A DNA stretch of 61,698 nucleotides, filler included, from an uncultured Myxococcia bacterium (GTDB lineage: Bacteria; CAZTWC01), in NCBI GenBank assembly GCA_964617105.1. It is 9 parts of 9 records of this genome, joined end to end, with 100 filler letters (N's around TTAATTAATTAA, not from the genome) between each part and the next. Parts side by side here need not be neighbours in the genome. Positions count along the whole stretch, not along the records: positions 34,689 to 41,383 come from CAZTWC010000213.1; positions 41,484 to 48,176 come from CAZTWC010000214.1; positions 48,277 to 54,956 come from CAZTWC010000215.1; 6 more parts are not named here. One strand, written 5' to 3'. Position numbers and translations under genes: made by a program. A model generated the notes under the pieces. That model searched no databases. It was not told the origin of the DNA and was given only the letters and a program-made list of their open reading frames with translations. The number at the start of each line of letters is the position of its first letter. Position 1 is the stretch's first letter. Positions 38,735-50,415 of the stretch are shown here, one piece after another.

Positions 38735-40051
38735 ATGATGAAAATAAGTGTCTTCGGACTTGGCTATGTCGGGGCGGTGACCTCCGCCTGTTTAGCGCAA
38801 AAAGGTTTTGAAGTAATTGGAGTTGAGCCCAATAAAGTAAAAGTCGATATTGTCAATAGTGGCCATTCTCCCATCATTGAAAAAGATCTGGCTGAATATA
38901 TCTCCAGGGGGGTTAGCGCTGGTCGAATCAAATGCACTTCTGACTTCCAAGAGGCGATTGCCAACACCGAGGTATCCTTTATCTGTGTGGGCACTCCCTC
39001 CAGAAGTAATGGCTCTATAGATCTACGGTATATTGAAAATGTTTGTACCAATATCGGCACTGCTTTAAGAGAGAAAGATGAATACCATCTGGTGGTGGTG
39101 CGTTCCACTGTGCTGCCTGGGACAACTTTAAACGTTATTGGCCCATTGTTGGAAGAGGTATCAGGGAAAAAGATCAACCAGGGTTTTGGCCTGGCCTTTA
39201 ACTCGGAATTTCTGAGAGAATCAACCGCTATATACGATTTTTTTCATCCGCCCAAAACCGTAGTTGGTTCTGGTTCTCAGAAAAATGCTGAAACCATCGC
39301 CAATATCTACAGAGGAATTGAAGGGCCCTTTATCAATACCACTATTGAAACTGCCGAAATGGTTAAATATGCCGACAATCTATTTCACGCCCTCAAAGTC
39401 TGTTTTGCCAACGAATTTGGCAATATTTGCAAACAGTTAAATGTCGATTCCCATGAAGTTATGAATATTTTTTGTCAGGATAGAAAACTAAATCTCTCCC
39501 CCTATTACCTGAAACCAGGGTTTGCCTTTGGCGGCTCATGTCTTCCCAAAGATTTAAAGGCTCTCACCTATCTTGCCAACAGAAAAGATCTCAATACACC
39601 GATATTAAATGCCATTATGCCCAGCAATGAACAACAAATAAAATACGGGATAAATCAGATAGTATCCCTGGGCAAAAAGAATATCGGAATATTGGGATTT
39701 GCCTTTAAGGCTGGGACCGATGATTTACGCGAATCACCGATTGTGGAGTTGATAGAAACTCTATTGGGCAAGGGTTACAGGATCAAAATTTATGACCAAA
39801 AAGTCTCATTGGCCAAACTATTTGGAGCCAACAAAGCGTTTATCCAGCAGCGCATACCCCATATATCGGAGTTGATGGTTGAAGATATAAACGATATTGT
39901 CGAGCACTCCCAGGTAATCGTAATCGGCAATAAAAGTGATGAATTTATCAATATTTTTCCACAACTGACCGAAGAACAATACGTAATCGACTTGGTTAGA
40001 ATTTCAGAGACCATATCGACAAAAGCAGTTTATGATGGGATATGCTGGTAA
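38735..40051 (+). CDS. GDP-mannose/UDP-glucose 6-dehydrogenase (AlgD-like)
   Basis: FGLGYVG, CVGTPS, EFLRES, GFAFGGSCLPKD, FKAGTDDLRESP; ends GICW like AlgD. Confidence 0.92.
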   Translation: MMKISVFGLGYVGAVTSACLAQKGFEVIGVEPNKVKVDIVNSGHSPIIEKDLAEYISRGVSAGRIKCTSDFQEAIANTEVSFICVGTPSRSNGSIDLRYIENVCTNIGTALREKDEYHLVVVRSTVLPGTTLNVIGPLLEEVSGKKINQGFGLAFNSEFLRESTAIYDFFHPPKTVVGSGSQKNAETIANIYRGIEGPFINTTIETAEMVKYADNLFHALKVCFANEFGNICKQLNVDSHEVMNIFCQDRKLNLSPYYLKPGFAFGGSCLPKDLKALTYLANRKDLNTPILNAIMPSNEQQIKYGINQIVSLGKKNIGILGFAFKAGTDDLRESPIVELIETLLGKGYRIKIYDQKVSLAKLFGANKAFIQQRIPHISELMVEDINDIVEHSQVIVIGNKSDEFINIFPQLTEEQYVIDLVRISETISTKAVYDGICW

Positions 40052-40052
40052 A

Positions 40053-41240
40053 ATGAGAAAAAAAGCACTAATTTTTATCGAAGATGGATCTTTCAGTTAT
40101 GATAACCGGGTAATTCGCGAAACTAAGGCATTACTCGATGATGGCTGGGAAATTACCGTAATATCACCGAAATATCCTGAAGATCCCTTTTATAAAAAGA
40201 TAAACGAAAATCTCCGGGCCTATTATTACCCAAAACCCAATGCTGTATCAGCCTTTGGCCATCTCTTTGAGCATAGTATATCGTTGCTTTTAGGGTCTGT
40301 TTTAACTTGTTGGGTAAAATTTCGCCACGGATTCCAGGTATTTCAGGGGTGCAACCCCATGGATATATTATGGCTGATCGCCCTGCCATACAAATTGTCA
40401 GGCTCTAGTTTTATCTTTGATCAGCATGACCTCTGTCCGGAATTGTACCTTTCCAGAGTAAAAAACGGTCACCATAGTTTTTATTACCGTATTCTAAAGA
40501 TTTTAGAAAAATTGTCCTACCGGTTTGCCGATATTGTTATGGCCACCAATCAGTCCTATAAAGATACTGCTATTGAACGAGGGGGAAAAAAACCTGATAA
40601 TGTCTTTATTGTAAGAAATGGACCGGATCTGAAAAAATTCAAAAAAACCAAACCCCAAACCGGCTTAAAAAAAGAAAATGAGATATTGGTGGGATATCTT
40701 GGTAATATGAATATTCAGGATGGAGTCGATTATCTATTATTTGCAGCCAAAGAGGTATTAAAAAAACATAATAGAGGTGATATCAAATTTGTTCTGGTAG
40801 GGGGAGGCAGTTATCAGCCATTTCTATGTAATAAAGCAAAAGAGATGGGACTTTCGAATAATATTATTTTCACCGGCAGAATTCCGGACCAGCAGATGCT
40901 ATCAGTATTAAATGCCTGTGATATATGTGTCCAGCCTGATCCATACAATCCTTTGAACGATAAATCTACCATGAATAAGGTTCTTGAATACATGGCGCTG
41001 GAGAAGCCTTTGATCTCTTTTGATCTAAAGGAAACCAGAGTGTCATGTGGAGAGGCCGCCATCTATGTAAAGCCAAATGATATCAATGAATTGGCAGAAA
41101 AGATACTATTGCTGGCCGATAATCATCAATTGAGAGAAAAAATGGCCAGTGCAGGTAGAGAACGGGTGGAAATAAAGATGAGTTGGGAATATTCAATCCC
41201 CCATTTACTCAACGCTTATCAGAAGGCTTTGGAAAAATAG
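40053..41240 (+). CDS. GT4 family glycosyltransferase
   Basis: DNRVIRE, FDQHDLCPE, STMNKVLEYMA GT-B motifs. Confidence 0.9.
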   Translation: MRKKALIFIEDGSFSYDNRVIRETKALLDDGWEITVISPKYPEDPFYKKINENLRAYYYPKPNAVSAFGHLFEHSISLLLGSVLTCWVKFRHGFQVFQGCNPMDILWLIALPYKLSGSSFIFDQHDLCPELYLSRVKNGHHSFYYRILKILEKLSYRFADIVMATNQSYKDTAIERGGKKPDNVFIVRNGPDLKKFKKTKPQTGLKKENEILVGYLGNMNIQDGVDYLLFAAKEVLKKHNRGDIKFVLVGGGSYQPFLCNKAKEMGLSNNIIFTGRIPDQQMLSVLNACDICVQPDPYNPLNDKSTMNKVLEYMALEKPLISFDLKETRVSCGEAAIYVKPNDINELAEKILLLADNHQLREKMASAGRERVEIKMSWEYSIPHLLNAYQKALEK

Positions 41241-41383
41241 ATAGAAAAAATCTTATTGGATGGAAAAATTTACGCTGGCAGAAAACTTAATCTATTCCTT
41301 TAAAAAAGTTATCTCAATATCGTTTCTCTTGGCATATTTAATTAGATTATAGCGCTTGGCAAATGCCTTGCCGCACTGTTCAA

Positions 41384-41483
41384 NNNNNNNNNNNNNNNNN
41401 NNNNNNNNNNNNNNNNNNNNNNNNNNNTTAATTAATTAANNNNNNNNNNNNNNNNNNNNNNNNNNNNNNNNNNNNNNNNNNNN
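41384..41483. other. Artificial contig linker
   Basis: N44-TTAATTAATTAA-N44. Confidence 0.98.
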
Positions 41484-41944
41484 AGATGCTATTTCTGGAA
41501 TCTGAGGATCCGGACAAAGATATCAATCTCTATATCAACTCTCCAGGCGGGATTATTACTGCTGGTTTGGCCATCTATGATACCATGCAGTATGTAAAAC
41601 CAGACATCTACACTATTTGCATCGGTCAAGCCGCCAGTATGGGCGCTATTCTGTTAGCCGGCGGCGCTAAGGGCAAGCGGACATCGCTGCCTAACTCACG
41701 AATTATGATCCACCAACCATTAGGGGGGGCTGGCGGCCAGGCCACTGATATAGATATTCAGGCCAAAGAGATTATGAGATTGAAAAAGCATTTAAATCAA
41801 CTTTTAGTGCATCATACCGGTCAATCAATAAAAAAAGTGGAAAAAGACACTGACCGGGACTTTTTTATGAGCCCTAAAGAAGCATTAAAATATGGTATAA
41901 TTGACGAGGTTGTCCAGCAGAAAGATTTGGCTGAAAAAAAATAG
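41484..41944 (+). CDS. clpP: ClpP protease, 5' truncated
   Basis: [28 protein letters not shown]. Confidence 0.97.
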
Positions 41945-41983
41945 CCGGACCAGGTTTGGACACACTATTAAAGGGAAAATAAT

Positions 41984-43237
41984 ATGGCCAGAAAGAAAGG
42001 CAGAGAGACAAAAAATTATTCCTGCTCTTTCTGTCAGAAAAATGCCCGGGAAGTCAAAAAATTAATCGCTGGAGCCGGAGTTTATATTTGTGATGAATGT
42101 ATAAATCTTTGCACCGATATCTTGCAGGAAGATATTGACAAAGAGGGATACACCTCTGCCAGATTAAATATCCCCAGGCCTAATGCCATCAAATCCTTTT
42201 TAGACGATTACGTAATAGGGCAGCACCGGGCGAAAAAAATCCTCTCGGTTGCGGTACACAACCACTACAAGCGTATTCACTCCCACTACATCAGTCGTGA
42301 CGTTGAGATTCAAAAAAGCAACATTCTACTCATTGGCCCCACCGGTTGCGGAAAAACCCTGCTGGCCCAAACACTGGCCAGGATGTTAAACGTACCCTTT
42401 TGTATTGCCGATGCCACCAATCTCACCGAAGCCGGGTACGTTGGCGAAGATGTGGAAAATATTATCGTAAGTCTTATTAGTGCCGCTGACCATGATTTAG
42501 AAAGGGCCAGCAAAGGGATAATCTATATAGACGAAATCGATAAAATCTCCAGAAAATCGGATAACCCTTCCATAACCAGAGATGTTTCCGGCGAGGGAGT
42601 TCAACAGGCTTTACTAAAAATGATCGAAGGGACTGTGGCCAGCGTTCCGCCTAAAGGTGGACGTAAACATCCGCAACAGGAATTTACCCAGTTAGACACC
42701 ACCAATATCCTCTTTATATGCGGGGGCGCCTTTAATGGTTTAGAAAAAATAATCGAGCAAAGAACCGATAAAAAAACCATCGGCTTCGGAGCCAAAATTG
42801 AAAAAAACGTAGAGATGAAAATCGGCGAAATTCTCCAGACTGTCCAGCCGGAAGACCTCTTAAAATATGGATTGATTCCGGAGTTGATTGGCCGATTACC
42901 AGTGTTAACCACCTTGAGTGAGTTGGAACAAGATGACCTGGTTCAAATTTTGACCACCCCTAAAAATGCGCTGATAAAACAATATCAACACCTTATGAAT
43001 ATGGATAACGTGGAGTTAATTTTTACCGATAACGCTCTGGGTGAAATCGCTGCCCAGTCCATAGAGAGAAAATCGGGAGCCCGGGGACTCAGGGCTATTA
43101 TCGAAAAAATCATGCTAAATGTAATGTATGACGTTCCCTCAGAAAAAGGCATAAAAGAGGTGCTAATTGATAAAAAATCCATAACCGGCCAGGAGATGCC
43201 AAAATTTACTTACTCTAAAAAGGCAAAAAGTGCCTGA
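41984..43237 (+). CDS. clpX: ClpX ATPase
   Basis: CSFC...ICDEC Zn domain; [31 protein letters not shown] loop. Confidence 0.98.
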   Translation: MARKKGRETKNYSCSFCQKNAREVKKLIAGAGVYICDECINLCTDILQEDIDKEGYTSARLNIPRPNAIKSFLDDYVIGQHRAKKILSVAVHNHYKRIHSHYISRDVEIQKSNILLIGPTGCGKTLLAQTLARMLNVPFCIADATNLTEAGYVGEDVENIIVSLISAADHDLERASKGIIYIDEIDKISRKSDNPSITRDVSGEGVQQALLKMIEGTVASVPPKGGRKHPQQEFTQLDTTNILFICGGAFNGLEKIIEQRTDKKTIGFGAKIEKNVEMKIGEILQTVQPEDLLKYGLIPELIGRLPVLTTLSELEQDDLVQILTTPKNALIKQYQHLMNMDNVELIFTDNALGEIAAQSIERKSGARGLRAIIEKIMLNVMYDVPSEKGIKEVLIDKKSITGQEMPKFTYSKKAKSA

Positions 43238-43318
43238 TTATGAACGGCAACTAAATAACGGCTGCTGTGCTTAAAACAACTGATTAGTTAAAAATTGACA
43301 CCAAAACAGGAGAGACTG

Positions 43319-45724
43319 ATGTTTTTTAAGAATAACCCCAAAGACGCTCCACCACCATTGATGGGCAAAACCAAAGTGGTGCCCCTGTTAGCATTACGCG
43401 ACATAATTGTCTTTCCCCACATGGTGGTTCCCCTTTTTGTAGGCAGAAACAAGTCAATACATGCCCTTGAAGAAGCCATGCAAAGCAGTAACAAGGAGAT
43501 AATGCTCTCTGCACAACACCGGGCCAAAACCAACAAGCCGGGACCAGATGACATTTACGAGTACGGCACCTTAGGCACTATCATTCAATTGCTCAAACTC
43601 CCGGACGGAACCTTGAAAGTTCTGGTGGAAGGGAGAAGCCGGGCAATAATCAAAAAATATCTCCCCCATCGTGAGTTTTTTGTGGTGGAAGTTGAAAAAG
43701 TAGAGGAAAAACTGCTGGACAACGTGGAATTAGAAGCATTGATACGAAGTGTTAAAACCACTTTTGAATCCTATATCAAGATAAACAAACGGATCCCTCA
43801 GGATATGGTTCATAATATTCTGGCTATTAATCATCCTGGTAAATTGGCGGATACCATAACCGCTCACCTAACCCTGAAAATTAAAGAAAAACAAAATGTA
43901 CTGCAAATAGAGGATATCCAAAAAAGATTGGAAAAACTCTACTCTTTGCTTCAGGCAGAAATCGAAATAATCCAGGTGGAGAAAAAAATCCGCACCCGGG
44001 TTAAGAAACAGATGGAAAAAACTCAAAAAGAGTACTATCTCAACGAGCAAATTCAGGCCATTCAAAAAGAGTTGGGAGAAAAAGATGAATTCAGAAACGA
44101 AATAGTCGAGTTGGAGGAGGAGTTAAAGAAAAAGAAAATGAGCGCTGAAGCCAAGGAAAAGGCGAAAAAGGAGATTAAAAAACTAAAAATGATGTCTCCC
44201 ATGAGCGCTGAAGCCACAGTAGTTCGTAACTATATTGACTGGATTCTATCACTGCCCTGGTTTGAACTTACCGATGATAAACTGGACATTGTGGAAGCTG
44301 AAAAAATCCTGGATGAGGATCATTACGGGCTCGAGACCGTAAAGGAGAGAATTCTGGAATATCTGGCGGTCCAGGGACTCGCCAAACACCTAAAAGGACC
44401 GATATTGTGCTTTGTGGGCCCTCCGGGAGTTGGTAAAACCTCTTTGGCCCGCTCCATCGCCAGGGCCACCGGCAAAAATTTTGTCCGCCTCTCCCTGGGT
44501 GGCGTGCGTGACGAAGCAGAAATCAGAGGGCACCGGCGTACCTATATTGGTGCTATGCCTGGTAAAATTATCCAATCCCTGAAAAAGGTCAAGTCCAGCA
44601 ATCCGGTTTTTCTGTTGGACGAAATTGATAAAATGAGTACCGATTTTAGGGGCGACCCATCAGCCGCTCTGATGGAAGTGCTAGATCCTGAACAGAATAA
44701 AGAGTTCAGTGATCACTATATGGATATGGACTATGATCTAAGCAAAATCATGTTCCTCTGTACTGCCAATACCCTCCACGGAATACCTGTACCCCTGCAG
44801 GATCGTATGGAGATAATAAGACTGGCCGGGTACACCGACTATGAAAAAACCCATATAGCCACCAAATTTTTAGTCAAAAAACAGTTGATAGAAAATGGGC
44901 TAGATGAGATTCGTATAGATTTTTCCATCGGGGCTTTGAAAAAAATTATCCGGCGTTACACCAGAGAGGCCGGAGTTAGAAACCTTGAAAGGCAGATATC
45001 CTCAATTTTTCGTAAAATTGCTCGCCTGGTTCTTAAACATGGTAAAGATAAATCTTATCGGGTTACGGAAAAAACTATCCCCAAGTTCCTTGGGGTTTAT
45101 AAGTTCCGCGATGCCAAAATTGAACAAAAAAGCGATATTGGTATAGCCAACGGACTGGCCTGGACCGAGGTTGGAGGTGAACTACTGGCTACCGAAGTTA
45201 CTCTTATGCCGGGCAAAGGCATTTTTACGGTTACCGGGAAACTTGGTGAGGTGATGAAAGAGTCGGCCCAGGCGGCCATGAGTTATGTACGCAGCAGAAC
45301 CAAGGCCATTGATGTTGACAAAGATTTTTACCAAAAAACCGATGTCCATATTCATGTTCCCGAAGGAGCTATCCCCAAAGATGGTCCCTCCGCTGGCATC
45401 ACCATGGCAACCTCTATTGTTTCTGCCCTGACCAAAATACCGGTAAAATATGACGTGGCCATGACCGGTGAGATCACTTTGAGAGGAAGAATATTACCTA
45501 TCGGCGGTTTGAAAGAAAAAGTGCTGGCCGCTCATCGCTGTGGTATTAAAACCATTATTATTCCCTATGAAAACAAAAAAGATTTAGAAGAGATCCCCAA
45601 CAGTGTGGCCAAAGATTTAACCATAAAACCGGTGGATTGTATGGACGAGGTTTTACAGATTGCCCTGGATATGAATAAGGCAAAAGATAATAAAATCTCT
45701 TTTATTGACCAAAAAAGTTCCTAA
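43319..45724 (+). CDS. lon: Lon protease
   Basis: [41 protein letters not shown] before ATG 43319. Confidence 0.97.
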   Translation: MFFKNNPKDAPPPLMGKTKVVPLLALRDIIVFPHMVVPLFVGRNKSIHALEEAMQSSNKEIMLSAQHRAKTNKPGPDDIYEYGTLGTIIQLLKLPDGTLKVLVEGRSRAIIKKYLPHREFFVVEVEKVEEKLLDNVELEALIRSVKTTFESYIKINKRIPQDMVHNILAINHPGKLADTITAHLTLKIKEKQNVLQIEDIQKRLEKLYSLLQAEIEIIQVEKKIRTRVKKQMEKTQKEYYLNEQIQAIQKELGEKDEFRNEIVELEEELKKKKMSAEAKEKAKKEIKKLKMMSPMSAEATVVRNYIDWILSLPWFELTDDKLDIVEAEKILDEDHYGLETVKERILEYLAVQGLAKHLKGPILCFVGPPGVGKTSLARSIARATGKNFVRLSLGGVRDEAEIRGHRRTYIGAMPGKIIQSLKKVKSSNPVFLLDEIDKMSTDFRGDPSAALMEVLDPEQNKEFSDHYMDMDYDLSKIMFLCTANTLHGIPVPLQDRMEIIRLAGYTDYEKTHIATKFLVKKQLIENGLDEIRIDFSIGALKKIIRRYTREAGVRNLERQISSIFRKIARLVLKHGKDKSYRVTEKTIPKFLGVYKFRDAKIEQKSDIGIANGLAWTEVGGELLATEVTLMPGKGIFTVTGKLGEVMKESAQAAMSYVRSRTKAIDVDKDFYQKTDVHIHVPEGAIPKDGPSAGITMATSIVSALTKIPVKYDVAMTGEITLRGRILPIGGLKEKVLAAHRCGIKTIIIPYENKKDLEEIPNSVAKDLTIKPVDCMDEVLQIALDMNKAKDNKISFIDQKSS

Positions 45725-45731
45725 GAATTGA

Positions 45732-46154
45732 TTGCAGACTAAATATATACGAATATTGGCCTTAGACCCTGGTGAAAAAAGAATTGGGGTAGCCATTAGT
45801 GACCCCCTGGGTATTACCGCCCAGGGATTACCTACCTTACCTGCCCAGCCGCAGGAAAACTTTATTGCCTCCCTACAAAAATTGGTAAATAATTACGAGG
45901 TAAAAAAAATCGTTCTGGGTTTGCCCTTAAATATGGACGGCAGTTATGGTCCAAAAGCTCAAGCATCAATCCTTCTACAAAAAATACTCGAACAACAATT
46001 ACAAATAGAGGTAGTACTGTGGGACGAACGCCTCACCACCTGCCAGGCCGAAAGAATTCTTTTGGAAGCCGATATGAGCCGGAAAAAGAGGAGAAAAAAA
46101 ATAGACCAGATTGCTGCTGTTTTGATTCTGCAATCGTATTTAGGCTCCCTTTAA
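45732..46154 (+). CDS. ruvX: YqgF/RuvX nuclease
   Basis: LALDPGEKRIGVAISD, VLGLP, WDERLTT, IDQIAAVLIL. Confidence 0.93.
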   Translation: MQTKYIRILALDPGEKRIGVAISDPLGITAQGLPTLPAQPQENFIASLQKLVNNYEVKKIVLGLPLNMDGSYGPKAQASILLQKILEQQLQIEVVLWDERLTTCQAERILLEADMSRKKRRKKIDQIAAVLILQSYLGSL

Positions 46155-46160
46155 ACATAA

Positions 46161-47231
46161 ATGAAGAAACTAATCATTATACTATCAATTTCCCTTGTTA
46201 TTTTGATTGGCATTATGACTTTCATAGGCTTTCTTTATGTTCAAGATATTATACACCAACCGCTGCAGTCTGTTGAAACAACCACTGACCCTTTAACAAA
46301 AATAAAAATAAAAATTGCCCGTGGAGCCACTCCCAGAGAAGTGTTTCAACTTCTATATCAACAAAAATTGATTAAAAATCCTCAATATGCCTATTATACT
46401 TGGCGCTACCAATTAAAAAAAGAGATCAAAGCTGGTGAATACAGTCTGTCTCCTTTCATGTCCCTGAAAAAAATAGTGGATATCCTTAGTAGCGGCAAAG
46501 TGGTATCTTATCAGTTTACCATTCCAGAAGGGTATAATCTGTTTGAAATTGCCGATGTGATTTCCGGTTTGCCCATTAATGACCGGGATAAATTCTTATC
46601 TCTGGCCAGGAATAAAGAGTTATTGGCCGATTTTAAAATCCCGGCTGAATCCTTAGAAGGTTACTGCTTTCCCGATACCTATACCTATGTTCGCGGCCAA
46701 AATTTGCTCAGCCTGGTAGAAAAAATGGTGAACAGGTTCTGGCAGGTTTTTAATAATCATTTGCTGAAGAGAGCGAAAAAACAAAATTTTAGTGTGCACC
46801 AGACGGTTACTTTAGCCTCTTTGATAGAAAAAGAGACCGGACAGGCCCAGGAACGCAAAACTATCTCCGGAGTATTTCATAATCGAATGAATCGCAATAT
46901 GAAATTACAGACCGACCCTTCAGTAATATATAGTATATTGCTAACCAGGGGAAGTTTTAACGGCAATTTGCGACGACGGGATCTAAAAAAAGATCATCCT
47001 TACAATACTTATACTCGTAAAGGATTACCTCCCGGACCAATAGGTAATCCGGGCAAGGCTGCTTTGGAAGCAGCCCTATGGCCGGAAAAGACCAAAAATC
47101 TCTTTTTTGTATCAAAAAACGATGGTTCCCATATCTTCTGCCCCACTTTAAAATGCCATAACCAGGCGGTTTATAAGTGGCAGATCAAATATTTTCGTCA
47201 AAAAAGGCGCCAAAAGAGAAAATCAAAATGA
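46161..47231 (+). CDS. mltG: Endolytic transglycosylase MltG
   Basis: TIPEG, LEGYCFPDTY, LASLIEKET, LQTDPSV, YNTY...GLPPGPI. Confidence 0.95.
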   Translation: MKKLIIILSISLVILIGIMTFIGFLYVQDIIHQPLQSVETTTDPLTKIKIKIARGATPREVFQLLYQQKLIKNPQYAYYTWRYQLKKEIKAGEYSLSPFMSLKKIVDILSSGKVVSYQFTIPEGYNLFEIADVISGLPINDRDKFLSLARNKELLADFKIPAESLEGYCFPDTYTYVRGQNLLSLVEKMVNRFWQVFNNHLLKRAKKQNFSVHQTVTLASLIEKETGQAQERKTISGVFHNRMNRNMKLQTDPSVIYSILLTRGSFNGNLRRRDLKKDHPYNTYTRKGLPPGPIGNPGKAALEAALWPEKTKNLFFVSKNDGSHIFCPTLKCHNQAVYKWQIKYFRQKRRQKRKSK

Positions 47232-48176
47232 AAATTGCTACCCTAATATCTGTTCTGCTATTCTTACTCTCTTCTGCAGCCAACTCCTTTGCCAAAAATG
47301 AGGCTGAACCTACTGCCCCCTCCTTCTCCCCTTCACCTTATGGAGGCAGTGGACTTATACATCTAAGTAAAGCAGAAACATCTCCGAATAATAAATACTT
47401 TTTAACCTTGCAATTTAATTACTTTTCTCAGGACTCATTTATCAGTTCTGGTATTCAGCGTCGATTTAAACAAACTCTCTCTTTAACCACCAGCCCCTTT
47501 AAACATCTCCAAACCTGGTTTAACTTAGCCGGTATGTCCTCTACCAACTCCAAAGCCCTGGAAAAAGGCAGTGCCGCTTTTATCCAAAATATAGGCGACC
47601 TGGATATGGGACTTAAGTATGCTCATCCCTTGAGAGATACGGTCACTATCGGATTTGATGCCGGAATACAACTGTTTTCTGGTATAAACTCCCTTTTTTT
47701 CGACCTATCCTCCACCTCCTTTCTGCTTAATATGTTGACCAGGTGGGAGATGCAACAACTGGTTAACCAGCCTATTACCACTCACTTTATGGCTGGATTT
47801 CATTTTGATAACCGTAAATGTCTGACCAATAAAAATTTAAATCCCATAGACCAGTTTGCCTTTAACCGCTGGTTATATCACCAGTTTAATTTTGCCCTGG
47901 GGGCTGAATACTTTTTTCCCGATTTTACCCCTTTTGCCGAATATTCCCTGGTATTTCCTTACTCTATCCCAGATAGGAGGTTCAGAAACGCTAACTTATC
48001 TTCCGAAGATTCCAATTTTTTCTCCCGCACCATCCACCGGCTGGCCCTGGGAGTCAAATCCAAACCCCGGAAAAATTTTATCTTCGGCCTGGGTGTTATA
48101 GCCGCTCATGCTGCCGACCAAATCGAGGGGATACCACTTCATCCCCGTTTTAGTGTTGATTTTTCTATAAGTTATC
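47228..48176 (+). CDS. Predicted outer-membrane beta-barrel protein, 3' truncated
   Basis: Signal peptide MKIATLISVLLFLLSSAANSFA; alternating aromatic beta strands; GDLDMGLKY; ATGA overlap with the mltG stop. Confidence 0.7.
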
Positions 48177-48276
48177 NNNNNNNNNNNNNNNNNNNNNNNN
48201 NNNNNNNNNNNNNNNNNNNNTTAATTAATTAANNNNNNNNNNNNNNNNNNNNNNNNNNNNNNNNNNNNNNNNNNNN
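48177..48276. other. Artificial contig linker
   Basis: N44-TTAATTAATTAA-N44. Confidence 0.98.
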
Positions 48277-49365
48277 CGCAATATCTAATGGGACTGGATT
48301 CTCTTTTAACAGAACTGTATCGGCCATGACCTGATTAGATAATTGGTTGAATTTGTTATCATCAAAAGAGATTTTATTAATGGCATTATCCAGATTTGAT
48401 TGTAAATCACCGGTAATTACACTGATAAAATCGCTAATTTTTGACAATATTGAAAAGTTTGGTTGCAGATATGGTTGATTAAAGAGAAATACCGGCTTTA
48501 TGAAAGGTATTAAAGAGAGTGTATGGGGCAGATTAAACATTGAAGCAAAGGGAACTGCCAGACTATGGATTAAACCAGTCCTACTGTTGTTTAAACCATA
48601 ACCAGCCAAAACAGAAGAGAGGCAAATGTTTTTTCCTGCCAGAGGTTGGTTTTGCAAATAGTCTATAAAATTGTCCACCATTAGTTGCAGCGACTTTTCC
48701 AGGATAATATCAATGATTGGAGATCTTTCCCGTTTTAAAGTAAAAGCCTCCAAAGCATGGACAAAAGCATCCACAGCAAAGATCCGTTTTTTATCTGCCG
48801 GAGTCTCCATGCTTACCTGGGAATCAACCAATGCCAGGTCAGGCAGGAGAAAGCCTCTTTTGATGGCCATTTTGGTTTTTGCTTCAAGATCATTAATATG
48901 AGCGTATAAATTGACTTCAGAACCAGTGCCAAAAGTGGTTGGCACTGTAACAAGTTTAATATTGTTAATGAAATTAGGGTCTAATTGGCCTAAATTACTG
49001 GGCGCTACTCCTGAACAAAGAGATGTCCTTATAATTTTAGCTGCATCTAAAACACTGCCACCACCAATAGCCAGGATGACATCGATTTTTACTTTTTTAA
49101 AATTCTTGATTGCCGCCTGGATTGACTCTAAATCAGATTCATATTTTATGTGACCCTCTGCCTGGCACAGGTCTTTAAGATTTTTGTGAATATTTGTATA
49201 ATAATTTAATTTTTCCACCCCATGGTCAGTTACTATACCAACGCGTTTACCAAATTTTTCTATAATGCCAACAATTTTATCCGCTAAAAAGTCGGTAAAA
49301 ATAAGTTTGCAAGAGCAATCGAATTTCCAAAAACATTGCTCAATATCTGAATAAAAACGATGCAT
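48277..49365 (-). CDS. Iron-containing alcohol dehydrogenase family protein, 3' truncated
   Basis: AIGGGSVLDAAK, VPTTFGTGSE, DAFVHALE, GLIHSLA...PH. Confidence 0.9.
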
Positions 49366-49387
49366 TAAATCTTGTTTTCCTCTAAAC

Positions 49388-50347
49388 TCAGTTGTCTATT
49401 TCTATAATTTGATTATACAATCCCGGCAGGGTCTCAGCATGGTTGCCCCTTACGTAAAAACTCTGGCCACCGTCGGCCACGGTCCGGACCAGCATGGTTT
49501 TGTAGGGGCGAAAATAGTAGGTGGGGGTGTCTTTGGGCTGCTCAGTGGAGGTGTCGTCACCAATATCAGCCAGGTCAAATACAGCGGTGGTAAAGTGGCG
49601 GATCTCTTTTCCCTGTTGATGGGCCAGGTTGCGGGCCATGGCTAGAGCCTTGAGATAGACTTCTGGACCCATTACTGCGGAACCGAAATTCAGCAAAACG
49701 CCCCCCTCCAGATTTTGGATGACACCGGCAAAGGTAAGAAAATCTGAGTAGGATGCATCTCCAATAGCAGCGCCGTCGCAGTTGGGGTGTTGGTGGATGA
49801 TGTCGTACCCGATACCAACATGCACAGTCACCGGCTTACCCAGATTGTAGGCAGCGGCAAATAGGCTGATCTCCTGGTTAGGAAAATCACCCAGCATAAT
49901 AGCCCGGCCTACTGCAGTACCAAAACCGTTGGCGGTATTTTGCACATAGGAAAGGTTGATTATATCGTTTATCTGGCCGGTTTCTTCCCAAAGACCAAAT
50001 TGACCCTCTTTGATATAACGGGGCACACTTTCGGCAGTGGCGCCGATGAGGGAAAATTCATAATCATGGATAGCCGATGCGCCATTAGTGGCCACATGGG
50101 TGATATATCCTTTTTCCATCAAATCGATAATCAAAGGAGACAGACCTTTGCGGATTACGTGGGCTCCCATCATCAGTACAATTGGACGGCCATTATCCTT
50201 AGCCTGTTTGATTTTTTGGGCAATAGTTGGAAGGTGCGGATGTTGAAAATTAATGTCCGATTTTTTCCACTCATCCAAAGTCTTTATTTTTTCATCGTGT
50301 ACCCGCTCTGAAAGCGGTTTTATTTTTAATTTATTTCGGTCAAACAC
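49388..50347 (-). CDS. Uncharacterised deoxyhypusine-synthase-like fold protein (GSU2086-type)
   Basis: MMGAHVIRKG, ATNGASAIHDYE, TVHVGIGYDIIH, NFGSAVMGPEVYLKAL. Confidence 0.7.
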   Translation of the reverse strand: MFDRNKLKIKPLSERVHDEKIKTLDEWKKSDINFQHPHLPTIAQKIKQAKDNGRPIVLMMGAHVIRKGLSPLIIDLMEKGYITHVATNGASAIHDYEFSLIGATAESVPRYIKEGQFGLWEETGQINDIINLSYVQNTANGFGTAVGRAIMLGDFPNQEISLFAAAYNLGKPVTVHVGIGYDIIHQHPNCDGAAIGDASYSDFLTFAGVIQNLEGGVLLNFGSAVMGPEVYLKALAMARNLAHQQGKEIRHFTTAVFDLADIGDDTSTEQPKDTPTYYFRPYKTMLVRTVADGGQSFYVRGNHAETLPGLYNQIIEIDN

Positions 50348-50415
50348 TTATATCCTCAAAAAAAAAGAAATTTAAGTTTAGGTCGGCTAAAAAAGAAAAT
50401 TAAATTTAAATATTT

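Noticed and set aside
41241-41383. Possible C-terminus of a minus-strand gene (EQCGKAFAKRYNLIKY...FLKE*)
   Set aside because: Only 29 codons at a contig edge; cannot be assigned, and the zinc-finger-like look is not supported by His ligands.
41484-47231. clpP-clpX-lon-ruvX-mltG as a novelty
   Set aside because: Ordinary conserved housekeeping genes.
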